A stretch of DNA of 64,000 bases from contig QEUP01000016.1 in assembly GCA_003577145.1 (NCBI GenBank), positions 964-64,963 of the forward strand, given 5' to 3'. Both the position numbers and the translations under genes were made by a program. The notes beneath the pieces were generated by a model. It worked only from the letters and a program-made list of their open reading frames with translations. It did no database searches and was not told the origin of the DNA. The stretch comes from Acidobacteriota bacterium (GTDB taxonomy: Bacteria > Actinomycetota > Acidimicrobiia > Acidimicrobiales > Microtrichaceae). Below are positions 32,867-41,670 of this stretch, piece by piece. The stretch's first letter is position 1, and every line of letters starts with the position of its first letter.

Positions 32867-34053
32867 CTCTGCCCGCGCCCGACCTCGGCCTTGGCCTTGG
32901 GTTCGGGTAGGCCCACTCGTACCCCGGGCTCGGCGCCGGCCGGCCAGCGGCGCCGGCTCTTGATGGCCAGCTTGCGCATCAGCGCGATGGCCCCGGGGTC
33001 GTCGTCGCCGGGCCTGGCGAGGATGGAGCCGTCGGCGATCATGCGGTCGATGATCTCGCGGCCCAACTCTGTGCGCACGACGGTAAGCGTCCAGTCGTGG
33101 TTCTCGCCGATCCCTCCCGTCGAGATGTCTGCATGCTCGGCGGCGAAGTCAGGGCAGTGGTTGCAGCCCTCGCGGGTCCAGGCGTGGCACTCCTTCAACG
33201 GGATCTCGTGGTACTCGCCGTTCGCCATCCAGATCTGGAAGACGCCTTTGATGTTCATCTTCACGATCTCGTGCCGGGCGAGGCCGTACTTGGCCCAGAA
33301 CAGCTCCTCGAAGATCGCGTCGTCGAAGGTCTTGGAGCACAGCAGCCCGATGTTGAACACGATCGGCTTGGAGATCTTGCCCACCTTGCGGCTCCACATG
33401 ACCGGTGGCACCGACGACTGGCAGCTCATGCCGACCAGTGCCAGCCGCTCGAAGCCCCGTTCGAGTGCCTCGTCGATGGCGAGGGTGTTGGCGGAGTAGG
33501 TGTAGCGGCTGCCTGCGGCGGCCAGCACCTCGTCCGGGCTGGTCGCCACGCCGGGCCTGGCCACCCAGTCCCCCTTGTCGCCGCCGAGGTAGGAGACGAG
33601 CGCGGCGTCCACATAGCCCTCACGCAGCGCCCAGATGAGGATCGCCGAGACGAGACCTCCGTCCTGGCCCAAGTCGTGCACCGTTTCGTCGCTGGCGCGG
33701 GTCAGCAAGATGTCGCGGTAGATGCCGGCGATCTCCTCGGCGGCGCGGGGCCGCCCGAAGAGATGCTCGTTCGCCTGTGCCTCCCAGAGCCGGAAACGGG
33801 GACACGCCCGGGTGCAGGACGTGCAGCCCTTCTGCCCGTGGACGCAGTCGTCGGGGCCGAGCTCGTCTTCGAGGTGGAAGGGCCGGTAGCCGCCCTGCTC
33901 GTGGTCATAGCCGAGCACGTCATGCGGGCAGGCGATGACACAGCCGGCACAGCCGGTGCACAAGTCGGTGTCGATCACCTCGGACTTGAGCTCTTTCCAC
34001 TGCGCCGACCACCGCTCGCGCACCGGCTTGGTCACCCGCTCGGTCACCGTCAT
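32863..34053 (-). CDS. coenzyme F420 hydrogenase/dehydrogenase beta-subunit family protein (FrhB-like) with N-terminal 2x[4Fe-4S] ferredoxin motifs
   Basis: CTGCAGCVIACP and CTSCTRACP, then GQDGGLVSAIL..YVDAALV..ATSPDEVLAAAGSRYTYS..ALVGMSCQ, which is FrhB N- and C-domain-like. Confidence 0.75.
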   Translation of the reverse strand: MTVTERVTKPVRERWSAQWKELKSEVIDTDLCTGCAGCVIACPHDVLGYDHEQGGYRPFHLEDELGPDDCVHGQKGCTSCTRACPRFRLWEAQANEHLFGRPRAAEEIAGIYRDILLTRASDETVHDLGQDGGLVSAILIWALREGYVDAALVSYLGGDKGDWVARPGVATSPDEVLAAAGSRYTYSANTLAIDEALERGFERLALVGMSCQSSVPPVMWSRKVGKISKPIVFNIGLLCSKTFDDAIFEELFWAKYGLARHEIVKMNIKGVFQIWMANGEYHEIPLKECHAWTREGCNHCPDFAAEHADISTGGIGENHDWTLTVVRTELGREIIDRMIADGSILARPGDDDPGAIALMRKLAIKSRRRWPAGAEPGVRVGLPEPKAKAEVGRGQS

Positions 34054-34137
34054 GGGAAGGACCCTAGCGCCCGGCTGCGCCGATCCGGGTCTCGAACACC
34101 TCGCTGCTTCGGCTGGCGCCTGCGCAGCGTTGCTGGC

Positions 34138-34560
34138 TCAGAGGCTGCGCTCGTACTCGATGACCGCGTCGATCTCGGCGTCGCTCAGGGTGTCGCCCCA
34201 CGGTGGCATCGTGCCGATGTTGCCCGTCTTGCCGTTGACCACGATCTCCTTCTGGTCGGCGACGTTCGGGTACTTCTCGGCCACCGCACCGTCGGCAAAG
34301 GCGGGACCGGTCCCGCCCTCGCCCGAGGCGCCGTGGCAGCTCGCGCAGTTCTGGTCGAAGACGGCCTGGCCGTCGGCCGAGGAGCCGGCCCCGTCCTGTG
34401 CCTGTGGCTCACCGCCACCCCCGTCGCCGGCTGCCAGGGCAACTACGGACAGGACGAGGGCGATCACCGCCAGGACCACCGCTGCGCCGATCCACGTCGC
34501 CAGGCCCGACCGGACAGGCACCTCGCTGTGGCCGAAAGGCTGGTTGTCAGAGATGGGCAT
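34138..34560 (-). CDS. membrane-anchored class I c-type cytochrome
   Basis: TM WIGAAVVLAVIALVLSVVALAA, haem site CASCHG and distal MPPWG (Met ligand context). Confidence 0.8.
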   Translation of the reverse strand: MPISDNQPFGHSEVPVRSGLATWIGAAVVLAVIALVLSVVALAAGDGGGGEPQAQDGAGSSADGQAVFDQNCASCHGASGEGGTGPAFADGAVAEKYPNVADQKEIVVNGKTGNIGTMPPWGDTLSDAEIDAVIEYERSL

Positions 34561-34697
34561 GGCGTCGTATTTAGTTCACTGCCGAGCAGAGTTACAAGTT
34601 GCCGCAGGTCCGATGTGGGCGTCAGGAGACGGTGCAGCGTGGATTCAAGCGGTGCTCGGCGGGATCCCCTGGCGCGGCGATGGCGTCGGAATGCCGA

Positions 34698-35582
34698 TCA
34701 GCCGGCCAGCCGCCGGCTCAAGACATCGACGAAGTCGCGGCTCACGAGCGGCAGCGGCTCGGGCCGCACCACCGCGCGGACGGTCCGAACGAAGGGGGGG
34801 TCCAGCGCCAGGATCGCCACCCCCGGAGTCCGGCGGTGCTCTGCGAAGACCTGCGGCAACAGGGTCGCGCCCAGTCCCGCGCTCACGAACGGGACCAGCA
34901 TCTCCCGTTCGGTGGTTTCGATGGCGATGTCGGGCTCGGCGCCGAGCTCCCCGAACACGGCTTCGACGACGAGCCGCAGCCCCTCGCCCCTCGCCAGGGC
35001 GATCAGCGGCAGTTCGGCGATGTCTCTGCGGGGCACCACCTCGAGAGCCGCGCTGTCCCAGTCCCCGGGCACCACCAAGACGAATGGCTGCAGGCCCTCG
35101 GCAGCCACCCGGAGCCGGTCGGTGTCGGCCGGGGAAGCCGCAACGAGGGCGACGTCGAGCACACCTTGACGGACGTCGTCGCGCAAGCGGTCCGAGTCGC
35201 CGCTGGCGAGCAGATCGAGGCTCACCTCGGGTCGGGCCGCCCTCATGTCGGCGAGCACGGCAGGCAACAGATCGGCGCCGAGGGTTGGTGTCGTCCCGAT
35301 GCGCAGGCGTCCGAGGCGACCCGCGGCGGCATCGCGGGCGTCGGCGTCGGCCCGGCGCAGCGCCGCCAGCGCCACCCGGCAGCCCTCGACGACCACCCGG
35401 CCGGCGGGAGTCGGCGCGGCGCCGTGTCGCCCGCGCACGAACAGCGGGGCGCCCAGCTCTCGCTCTACACGCCGGAGGCGCCGGCTCAGCGCCGGTTGGG
35501 CGACCCGGAGCTCGCCGGCGGCAGCGCTGAGGGTGCCTGCGGCTGCGATGGCGTCGATCATCTCCAGGTCGCGGCGATCCAT
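34698..35582 (-). CDS. LysR-family transcriptional regulator
   Basis: N-terminal HTH MDRRDLEMIDAIAAAGTLSAAAGELRVAQPALSRRLRRVERELGAPLF, followed by a LysR substrate-binding-type C-terminus. Confidence 0.9.
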   Translation of the reverse strand: MDRRDLEMIDAIAAAGTLSAAAGELRVAQPALSRRLRRVERELGAPLFVRGRHGAAPTPAGRVVVEGCRVALAALRRADADARDAAAGRLGRLRIGTTPTLGADLLPAVLADMRAARPEVSLDLLASGDSDRLRDDVRQGVLDVALVAASPADTDRLRVAAEGLQPFVLVVPGDWDSAALEVVPRRDIAELPLIALARGEGLRLVVEAVFGELGAEPDIAIETTEREMLVPFVSAGLGATLLPQVFAEHRRTPGVAILALDPPFVRTVRAVVRPEPLPLVSRDFVDVLSRRLAG

Positions 35583-35595
35583 AACAAGAAGTTAT
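35581..35595. promoter_or_regulatory. ATAAC-N5-GTTAT palindrome (T-N11-A type), candidate LysR box
   Basis: Perfect 5-bp arms in a locally AT-rich patch that spans the LysR start codon and the first possible start of the divergent TauE gene. Confidence 0.35.
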
Positions 35596-36529
35596 GCTAA
35601 TTGAACTCGAACGGTCTTGGACGGCATCGAATCGGTCGGGTAGTACTGCTCCTGTGGACATCTTCGAGGCCGTCGGGGTCGTCGTCGTCGGGCTGGGCGC
35701 CGGCGTGCTCTCGGGCATGTTCGGCGTGGGCGGCGCAGTGCTCACCACGCCCGGCATCCGCCTCTTCGGCGCCACGCCCATCGCCGCGGTGGGGTCCACC
35801 ATCCCCGCCATCGTCCCCGGTGCCCTCTGGGGCACCTACAGGTATGCCAGGGCCGGGCTGGTGGACTGGAGACTGGGGTTGCTCAGCGGCGTCAGTGGTG
35901 CCGGGCTCGCCGTCGCCGGGGCCTGGGTGGCCGGCTTGTTCGACGCACGCTGGCTGATGGTCCTGACCGCCCTCCTTCTTGCCGCGAGCGGCGCCCGCCT
36001 GCTGACGCCGCCACGGCGACCCGCTGAAGGGGAGGTCACCCGGCCGCGAGGCGCGACACCCCGTCCACCACCTCCGGCTTGGGGGCTGCCCGCTGAGCCC
36101 GAGGCCTCGCCTGCGGCTGTGAGCACGGCCGTCGGGCGCCCGCCGCACACGACGACACCAAGCGGCGCGGCTCTGGCCGTAGGCGTGGTTGCCGGCTTCG
36201 TCGCCGGTCTCCTCGGAGTGGGAGGCGGCGTGGTCATGATGCCGCTGTTCACGAGCGTGCTTCGTGTGCCCATCAAGACCGCCGTCCCCTCGAGCCTGGT
36301 GGCGGTGGCGATCTTCTCGGTCCCGGCGATGGTGGCCCATGCCGTGTTGGGCCACATCGACTGGGCCTACGCCGCGTTGCTGGTGGGAGGGGGGGTGCCG
36401 GGCGCTCAACTCGGCTCGAAGCTGACCATCGGCGCCAGCGAACGGGCTGTGCGCCTGATGTTGGGCGGCTTCTTCGTCGCTATCGCCCTGCTGTACGGCG
36501 GGCGGGAGTTGGCCGGAGTCCTCACGTGA
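35594..36529 (+). CDS. TauE/SafE (DUF81) family sulfite/anion exporter with a long Pro/Ala-rich central loop
   Basis: GLGAGVLSGMFGVGGAVLTTP and GFVAGLLGVGGGVVMMPLF are the duplicated TauE half-motifs. An alternative GTG start at 35654 is perhaps more likely. Confidence 0.8.
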   Translation: MLIELERSWTASNRSGSTAPVDIFEAVGVVVVGLGAGVLSGMFGVGGAVLTTPGIRLFGATPIAAVGSTIPAIVPGALWGTYRYARAGLVDWRLGLLSGVSGAGLAVAGAWVAGLFDARWLMVLTALLLAASGARLLTPPRRPAEGEVTRPRGATPRPPPPAWGLPAEPEASPAAVSTAVGRPPHTTTPSGAALAVGVVAGFVAGLLGVGGGVVMMPLFTSVLRVPIKTAVPSSLVAVAIFSVPAMVAHAVLGHIDWAYAALLVGGGVPGAQLGSKLTIGASERAVRLMLGGFFVAIALLYGGRELAGVLT

Positions 36530-36617
36530 AGCGTCGGCGGTCGCCGGGCTGGACCAGCAGTTCTGACGTGCTGTCAGGGGTTCGCGCTTCTTGGTTACCG
36601 ACGGGTAACATGACGGC

Positions 36618-37868
36618 ATGGACCTGACCTACCCGGCTGAGGCCGAGGACTTCCGCCAAGAGATCCGAGCCTGGCTGGAGGAGAACCTGCCCGAGGGGTG
36701 GTTCGACGACGGCTTCGAGATGGACCAGGCGGAGCGTGAGCGCTTCAACAAGGAATGGCCCGAAAAGCTCCACGAGGGTGGCTGGATCTGCGCGAGCTGG
36801 CCCGTCGAGTACGGAGGGAAGGGCCTGAGCCTCATCGAGTCGGTCGTGTTGAGCGAGGAGTTCCACAACGCGGGCGCGCCGATGCGAGGGGACTTCTTCG
36901 GTGACACCCTCGTCGGTCCGACCATCCTCCAATGGGGCAGCGAGGAGCAGAAGAAGGAGTTCATCCCCGGGATCCTGAGCGGCGAGATCGCCTGGTGCCA
37001 GGGGTTCTCCGAGCCCGACGCCGGGTCGGACCTCGCCTCGCTCAAGACAACCGCCGTGCTCGACGGCGACGAGTGGGTGATCAACGGGCAGAAGATCTGG
37101 ACGACGCAAGCCCAATGGGCGGACTACATCTTCGTGCTGTGTCGCACCGACCCCGAGGCACCCAAGCACAAGGGCATCTCCTATCTGCTCTGTCCCATGA
37201 AGCAGCCCGGCATCGAGGTCCGCCCGATAGTCCAGCCCGACCGGACGGCCGAGTTCAACGAGGTCTTCTTCACCGACGCCCGCTGCCCGAAGGACAACGT
37301 CGTCGGAGGTGTCAACGAGGGCTGGAAGGTCGCCATGACGACCCTCGGCTTCGAACGGGGCACCTCGGCCACGACCGGGTACCGGCGCTTCGAGAGCGAG
37401 TTGAACTACATCATCTCCAAGGCCCGCGAGAACGGCAGGATCCACGACGGACTCGTCCGCCAACGATTGGCCCACGCCTACTCCAAGGTGCAGATCATGC
37501 GGATCAACGGCTACCGCACCCTCACGGCGTCGCTGCAGGACAGGAACGACATGGGGATCGTCGCTCTCGGAGCGACCAACAAGATGTTCTGGAGTGAGTA
37601 CCACCGCGACGCCATGGAGCTGGCGATGGATGTCCTCGGCGCGCACGCTCAGGTGCTCACCGGCACACCCGACCACGAGGAGCAGGTGCCCGGTTACGGT
37701 GTGCGAGCACCGGACCCGCGCTACCCCGTCAGCGGGCTGCAGTCGTCGTTCTTCTTCTCGCGATCCGAGACCATCTGGGGTGGCACGGCCGAGATACAGC
37801 GCAACATCGTCGGCGAGCGGGTCCTCGGTCTGCCGAAGGAGCCCAAGCCGGCACAGGCCGAGAAGTAG
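36618..37868 (+). CDS. acyl-CoA dehydrogenase family protein
   Basis: EIAWCQGFSEPDAGSDLASLKT..INGQKIWTT, and C-terminal ETIWGGTAEIQRNIVGERVLGLP. Confidence 0.9.
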   Translation: MDLTYPAEAEDFRQEIRAWLEENLPEGWFDDGFEMDQAERERFNKEWPEKLHEGGWICASWPVEYGGKGLSLIESVVLSEEFHNAGAPMRGDFFGDTLVGPTILQWGSEEQKKEFIPGILSGEIAWCQGFSEPDAGSDLASLKTTAVLDGDEWVINGQKIWTTQAQWADYIFVLCRTDPEAPKHKGISYLLCPMKQPGIEVRPIVQPDRTAEFNEVFFTDARCPKDNVVGGVNEGWKVAMTTLGFERGTSATTGYRRFESELNYIISKARENGRIHDGLVRQRLAHAYSKVQIMRINGYRTLTASLQDRNDMGIVALGATNKMFWSEYHRDAMELAMDVLGAHAQVLTGTPDHEEQVPGYGVRAPDPRYPVSGLQSSFFFSRSETIWGGTAEIQRNIVGERVLGLPKEPKPAQAEK

Positions 37869-37969
37869 GGCGGTCGTCGCTGGCGACGACAGCGTGAGTG
37901 GCCCCGGGAGCGGTGTCCGGGGTCACACTGCGCCCGGATGACATTGCAGTCTTGTTACAGTCGTTGACG

Positions 37970-39406
37970 ATGCCGGACCCCCTCGATTCCCCTTCAGCCA
38001 CTCGCCGCCGGAGCTGGCGCCAGCGCCTACTCATCGGCTCCGGTGCTTTCCTCACCGCGGTCTGCCTGCTCGTGGCGGGCGGTCTGGCGTGGGGTGTCTG
38101 GAAGTGGGCCCAGATCGAGCGGGTGAGCGTCTCGCTCGACGAGGCCGGCTTCGACGAGCCCCAGAACTTCTTGCTGGTGGGCTCCGACAGCCGCGCTGCG
38201 GTGGACGGCTCCGGTTCCGACGCCGGCGTGCTGGTCGGCGGCGGCAGCCCCACCGGGCAGCGCGCCGACACCATCATGATCGCCCGGGTCCACCCCGACG
38301 GCGAGCGGATCGAGCTGCTGTCGTTGCCACGCGACCTGTGGCTGCCACTCGCCGGCACCGGCGAGGAGGAGCGGATCAACGGCGCCTACAACTCGGGTCC
38401 CCAAGAGCTGATCGACACGATCTCGATGAACTTCGGGATCCCGATACATCACTATGTGGAGGTGGACTTCGAGGGCTTCAAGCGCACCGTGGACGCCCTC
38501 GGCGGTGTTCCGATGTACTTCGACTCCACCCTCCTCGACACGGAGTCGGGCCTGTACATCGACGCGACAGGCTGTCGGGTGCTCGACGGCTCCGAGGGTC
38601 TCGCCTATGCCCGCGCACGAAACCTCCAGTACAGCGACGGTGTGGAATGGCGCGACGACCCTTCGGGTGACCTCGGTCGCATAACGCGCCAGCAGCAGTT
38701 CCTCCAGGCGGCGCTCGCCAAGGTGACCGCGCTGGATCTCACCGACATCTCGACTGTCAGTGACCTCGTCGACATCGCCGTCGACAGCGTCGTGATCGAC
38801 GAATCCCTCAGCTTCGACGAGCTCGTCGCCCTGGGCCAGCGGTTCTCGGAGTTCGACCCGGAATCGCTCGAAGCCCACTCGATCCCAGCCGTCCCCGACG
38901 AGACCGACGGGGGCGCGTCGGTGGTACTGGTCGACGAGAGCGCAGCCGCGCCGCTAGTCGAGGCGTTCGGCGGTTCCCTCGAGGCAGCCGGGACCACCAC
39001 CTCGGTCGAACCGGTTGCCGTCAGCGTCCTCAACGGCAGCGGCGTCCCGGGTCAGGCCCACGAGGCCGGGAATTCGCTCGAAGCCCTGGGCTACGGCATC
39101 CTCGGTGTCGCTGACGCACCCGACTCGCCAGTGTCCGAAACCGTCGTCCGCCACGGCGCCGCCGCCGAGGGTGCTGCGGGAGAGGTCGCTGATCTGCTCG
39201 ACGCCGAAACCGAGCTCGACACCTCACTCGGCGAGGACGAGGTCGTCATCGTCACCGGCACGGACTTCAGTGGTGTGCACGCCGTGGACGAGGGGGCAGG
39301 GTCGTCCTCCTCCCCGGCGACAGGACCGGGCGAGCCCGCGACCACCACCACCGAAGCGCCGGGCGTCGTGCCCGCCGACCCGCCCCCAGGCGTGACCTGC
39401 GAATGA
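37970..39406 (+). CDS. LCP (LytR-CpsA-Psr) family cell-envelope phosphotransferase with LytR_C domain
   Basis: Trimmed to the ATG at 37970. TM anchor, NFLLVGSDSR..RADTIMIARV..LLSLPRDLW, and a C-terminal VSVLNGSGVPGQA..L...GY segment. Confidence 0.85.
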   Translation: MPDPLDSPSATRRRSWRQRLLIGSGAFLTAVCLLVAGGLAWGVWKWAQIERVSVSLDEAGFDEPQNFLLVGSDSRAAVDGSGSDAGVLVGGGSPTGQRADTIMIARVHPDGERIELLSLPRDLWLPLAGTGEEERINGAYNSGPQELIDTISMNFGIPIHHYVEVDFEGFKRTVDALGGVPMYFDSTLLDTESGLYIDATGCRVLDGSEGLAYARARNLQYSDGVEWRDDPSGDLGRITRQQQFLQAALAKVTALDLTDISTVSDLVDIAVDSVVIDESLSFDELVALGQRFSEFDPESLEAHSIPAVPDETDGGASVVLVDESAAAPLVEAFGGSLEAAGTTTSVEPVAVSVLNGSGVPGQAHEAGNSLEALGYGILGVADAPDSPVSETVVRHGAAAEGAAGEVADLLDAETELDTSLGEDEVVIVTGTDFSGVHAVDEGAGSSSSPATGPGEPATTTTEAPGVVPADPPPGVTCE

Positions 39407-39508
39407 TTTCATTTGCGTGACGGTCGGCGGTTCTTGTCCGAGCGGTGAGGCTATCCGCCGGAACTGGGTTGAATAGGGGGAACCTGACGTCGGACCCGAG
39501 GTGATGCC

Positions 39509-40153
39509 ATGGGACTGTTCAAGAAGATGAAGTCGATGAGCGGCGGTGTGTCAAAGGACCTGCTGCAGAACGGCGTGCTCGCGCGCGGGGTCATCGTCGG
39601 TGTCGAAGGAACCCGTGTCAGCACGGGCCACGACCACGACCCCCATCCGGTCGTCGTCTTCACTGTCGAGGTGACCCTCGACGGCCAGGACCCCTACCAG
39701 GCGACATGTCGCCAGGCGGTGCCGCTGGCCACCGTCCCGCAGTTCGTCCCCGGTCAGACGATGGTCGCCGTGCGGGTCAACCCGAACGACCGCGACGAGA
39801 TCGCCCTCGACCTGGCGACCCCTCCGCCCACCGTGACGGCCAAGCCCTCCGAGGGGCCGAGGGCGTCGGACATCCTGCGAACCGGTGACCCGGCCAAGGC
39901 GGTCATCGTCCAGACCCAGCCACTGGGGATGAAGAACCCCGAGGGCGTCGATCTGCACGCGTTCGTGCTGACCGTCATCCGTGAGGGCCAGGCTCCTTAC
40001 CAGGTGCAGGTCGGCAACCCGGTGCCCGAGGCCGCAGTCCCCCTCCTGTATCCGGGGTCGGAGCTACCGGCCAAGGTCCGAAGCGACAACCCCGAGGGGG
40101 TGGTGATCGACTTCGAGGCCGCGCTGGCGCAGTACCAGTCGGGTCCGGGCTAG
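39509..40153 (+). CDS. hypothetical protein built from two copies of a domain of about 80 aa
   Basis: Repeat 1 is GVLARGVIVGVEG..VVVFTVEVTLDGQDPYQATCRQAVPLATVPQFVPGQ..AVRVNPND. Repeat 2 is GDPAKAVIVQTQP..HAFVLTVIREGQAPYQVQVGNPVPEAAVPLLYPGS..AKVRSDNPE. Confidence 0.65.
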   Translation: MGLFKKMKSMSGGVSKDLLQNGVLARGVIVGVEGTRVSTGHDHDPHPVVVFTVEVTLDGQDPYQATCRQAVPLATVPQFVPGQTMVAVRVNPNDRDEIALDLATPPPTVTAKPSEGPRASDILRTGDPAKAVIVQTQPLGMKNPEGVDLHAFVLTVIREGQAPYQVQVGNPVPEAAVPLLYPGSELPAKVRSDNPEGVVIDFEAALAQYQSGPG

Positions 40154-40192
40154 CCTCGGACCTGTTCGCGAGGAACCCATCAGGGGGGTGCA

Positions 40193-40684
40193 ATGGAGTT
40201 CAGTGACCGCGAGACCTACGGCGCCGACGTGGCCACGACCTTCGCGATGTTCTGTGACGACGAAGCGACCGTAGCGCGGGCCGAGGCCGTGGGGCACCGG
40301 GATGCCAAGGTGCTCGAGAGCAGCGAGGACGGTGAGGACTACGTCATCAAGTCCTCGCGGGTCGTCGACGTCGACCTGCCGGGATTTGCCAAGAAGGTCC
40401 TGAAGCCGACCAACACCATGATCCAGACCGACCGCTGGGGACCCGAATCCGACGGGGCTCGCGCAGGTAGCTTCGACATCGACGTCAAGGGTGCGCCCGT
40501 GAAGGTGCGGGGCACGATGACTCTCACGCCCACCGACGGCGGCTGCGTGCACGAGGTCACAGGGAACCTCGAGGTGAAGGTGCCCCTGGTGGGAGGCCGC
40601 ATCGCCAAATGGGCGGCCGGGGACACCAAGGAGACGCTGCGGGGCGAGATGGAGTTCAACCAGCAGCGACTTGCCGGCGGCTGA
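40193..40684 (+). CDS. DUF2505 (SRPBCC-like) family protein
   Basis: 163 aa. The layout F.....Y.A....V...F.D......R......LPGFAKKVL.P......TD.W..........G.F...V.GAPV...G.M.L is typical of DUF2505. Confidence 0.65.
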   Translation: MEFSDRETYGADVATTFAMFCDDEATVARAEAVGHRDAKVLESSEDGEDYVIKSSRVVDVDLPGFAKKVLKPTNTMIQTDRWGPESDGARAGSFDIDVKGAPVKVRGTMTLTPTDGGCVHEVTGNLEVKVPLVGGRIAKWAAGDTKETLRGEMEFNQQRLAGG

Positions 40685-40763
40685 GAGCGTTCGCCGAGCG
40701 ACGGCGCTTCAGTGACAGCGCCGTGTCGAGCCAAGTGCATGCTGGCTGCGGCGAGCCGTGGCC

Positions 40764-41408
40764 TCAGATGAGTGCCGGCAGGCCCCGGACCAGCAGGTAG
40801 ATGCCGATCAGCCCGAGCACGCCCACCATGAACCACTTGCCGTAGCGGTCGAGGAACGTGCGGAGGCGGCCCAATAGCACCTCTGATCCGGACGGCACGA
40901 CGACGGTCATCGCCAGCGGTACCCAGGCCGGGATGAGAACGATCACGACCGCGAGCGCGAACGTCGTGATCTCGGCGGTCTGACCGGCGTCGCTGAGGGC
41001 GATGTCTTTGACCGCGACCGTGAAGGGCAGAAGCGTGCTGAAGTTGGTCGCCATGAGGGCGACCCCACCCAGGAAGCCCAGCAGCGGGCGCGGATCGGAT
41101 GGCGGTTTGTCCTCTCTGGGCCTGGCCGGCCGCAAAGCGGTGAACGCCGCGGCGAGGACCAGAACCGTTCCTGCGGCGACGTCGATGCTCGCGCTGAGAG
41201 TCGACTTGCTGTCGAGGGTCATGGACCGGAAGGCGACGCCGACGAGCACCCCGATGGCGAGGAGCGGGATGGCCGTGCCGATCGTGAAGATGCCGGCTCG
41301 GAACACGGGACGCGATCGTGTCAGCAGCACCACCGTTGCCAGGAAGATCGTCGGGCTGACGGCTGCCATGAAGGCGAGCGGCAGAACCCGACCGAGGAGC
41401 TGGCCCAT
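40764..41408 (-). CDS. GAP family membrane protein (Sap/DUF2910-like)
   Basis: Six TM segments. N-terminal LLGRVLPLAFMAAVSPTIFLATVVLL. Confidence 0.65.
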   Translation of the reverse strand: MGQLLGRVLPLAFMAAVSPTIFLATVVLLTRSRPVFRAGIFTIGTAIPLLAIGVLVGVAFRSMTLDSKSTLSASIDVAAGTVLVLAAAFTALRPARPREDKPPSDPRPLLGFLGGVALMATNFSTLLPFTVAVKDIALSDAGQTAEITTFALAVVIVLIPAWVPLAMTVVVPSGSEVLLGRLRTFLDRYGKWFMVGVLGLIGIYLLVRGLPALI

Positions 41409-41468
41409 CAGCCACCCCGGGTCCGTCGAGATCTCACAGCATCCGGTCTAGCAGGAGTGGCGAACAGG

Positions 41469-41517
41469 TTTTGTGAACGCGCGTGGCCCCTATAGGGGCC
41501 TTTTGGGTTCACAAAAC
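41469..41517. repeat. family-B palindromic element, copy 2
   Basis: TTTTGTGAACGCGCGTGGCCCC-TATA-GGGGCCTTTTGGGTTCACAAAAC. The reverse complement of its left arm is identical to the right arm of copy 1. It lies in the divergent region between 41408 and 41671. Confidence 0.85.
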
Positions 41518-41670
41518 CGGCTGCTGTTGCGGCTGGGGCTGCGTTCCGTGTGCGATCGAGTCGGTGGTCGAACCCATCGGGCGGGTGTACCAACCTGGAG
41601 AGCGCTGCACCCCCAGACCGCGCGAGACTTTGCCATTGGGTAGCCATCGCAGTGACGTGAAGGGATAGCG

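Noticed and set aside
33097-35835. Very long ORFs 33097..35169 (+, 690 aa), 33935..35530 (+, 531 aa) and 34645..35835 (-, 396 aa)
   Set aside because: They overlap and lie antisense or out of frame to the FrhB-like, cytochrome c and LysR genes. Their composition is extreme Arg/Pro/Ala/Gly low complexity. There are no motifs.
35597-37676. ORFs 35597..36619 (-, 340 aa) and 36522..37676 (-, 384 aa)
   Set aside because: They are antisense shadows of the TauE and acyl-CoA dehydrogenase genes.
40339-41415. ORF 40339..41415 (-, 358 aa)
   Set aside because: It runs through DUF2505 (antisense) and the GAP-family gene (out of frame). It is Arg/Pro/Gly-rich.
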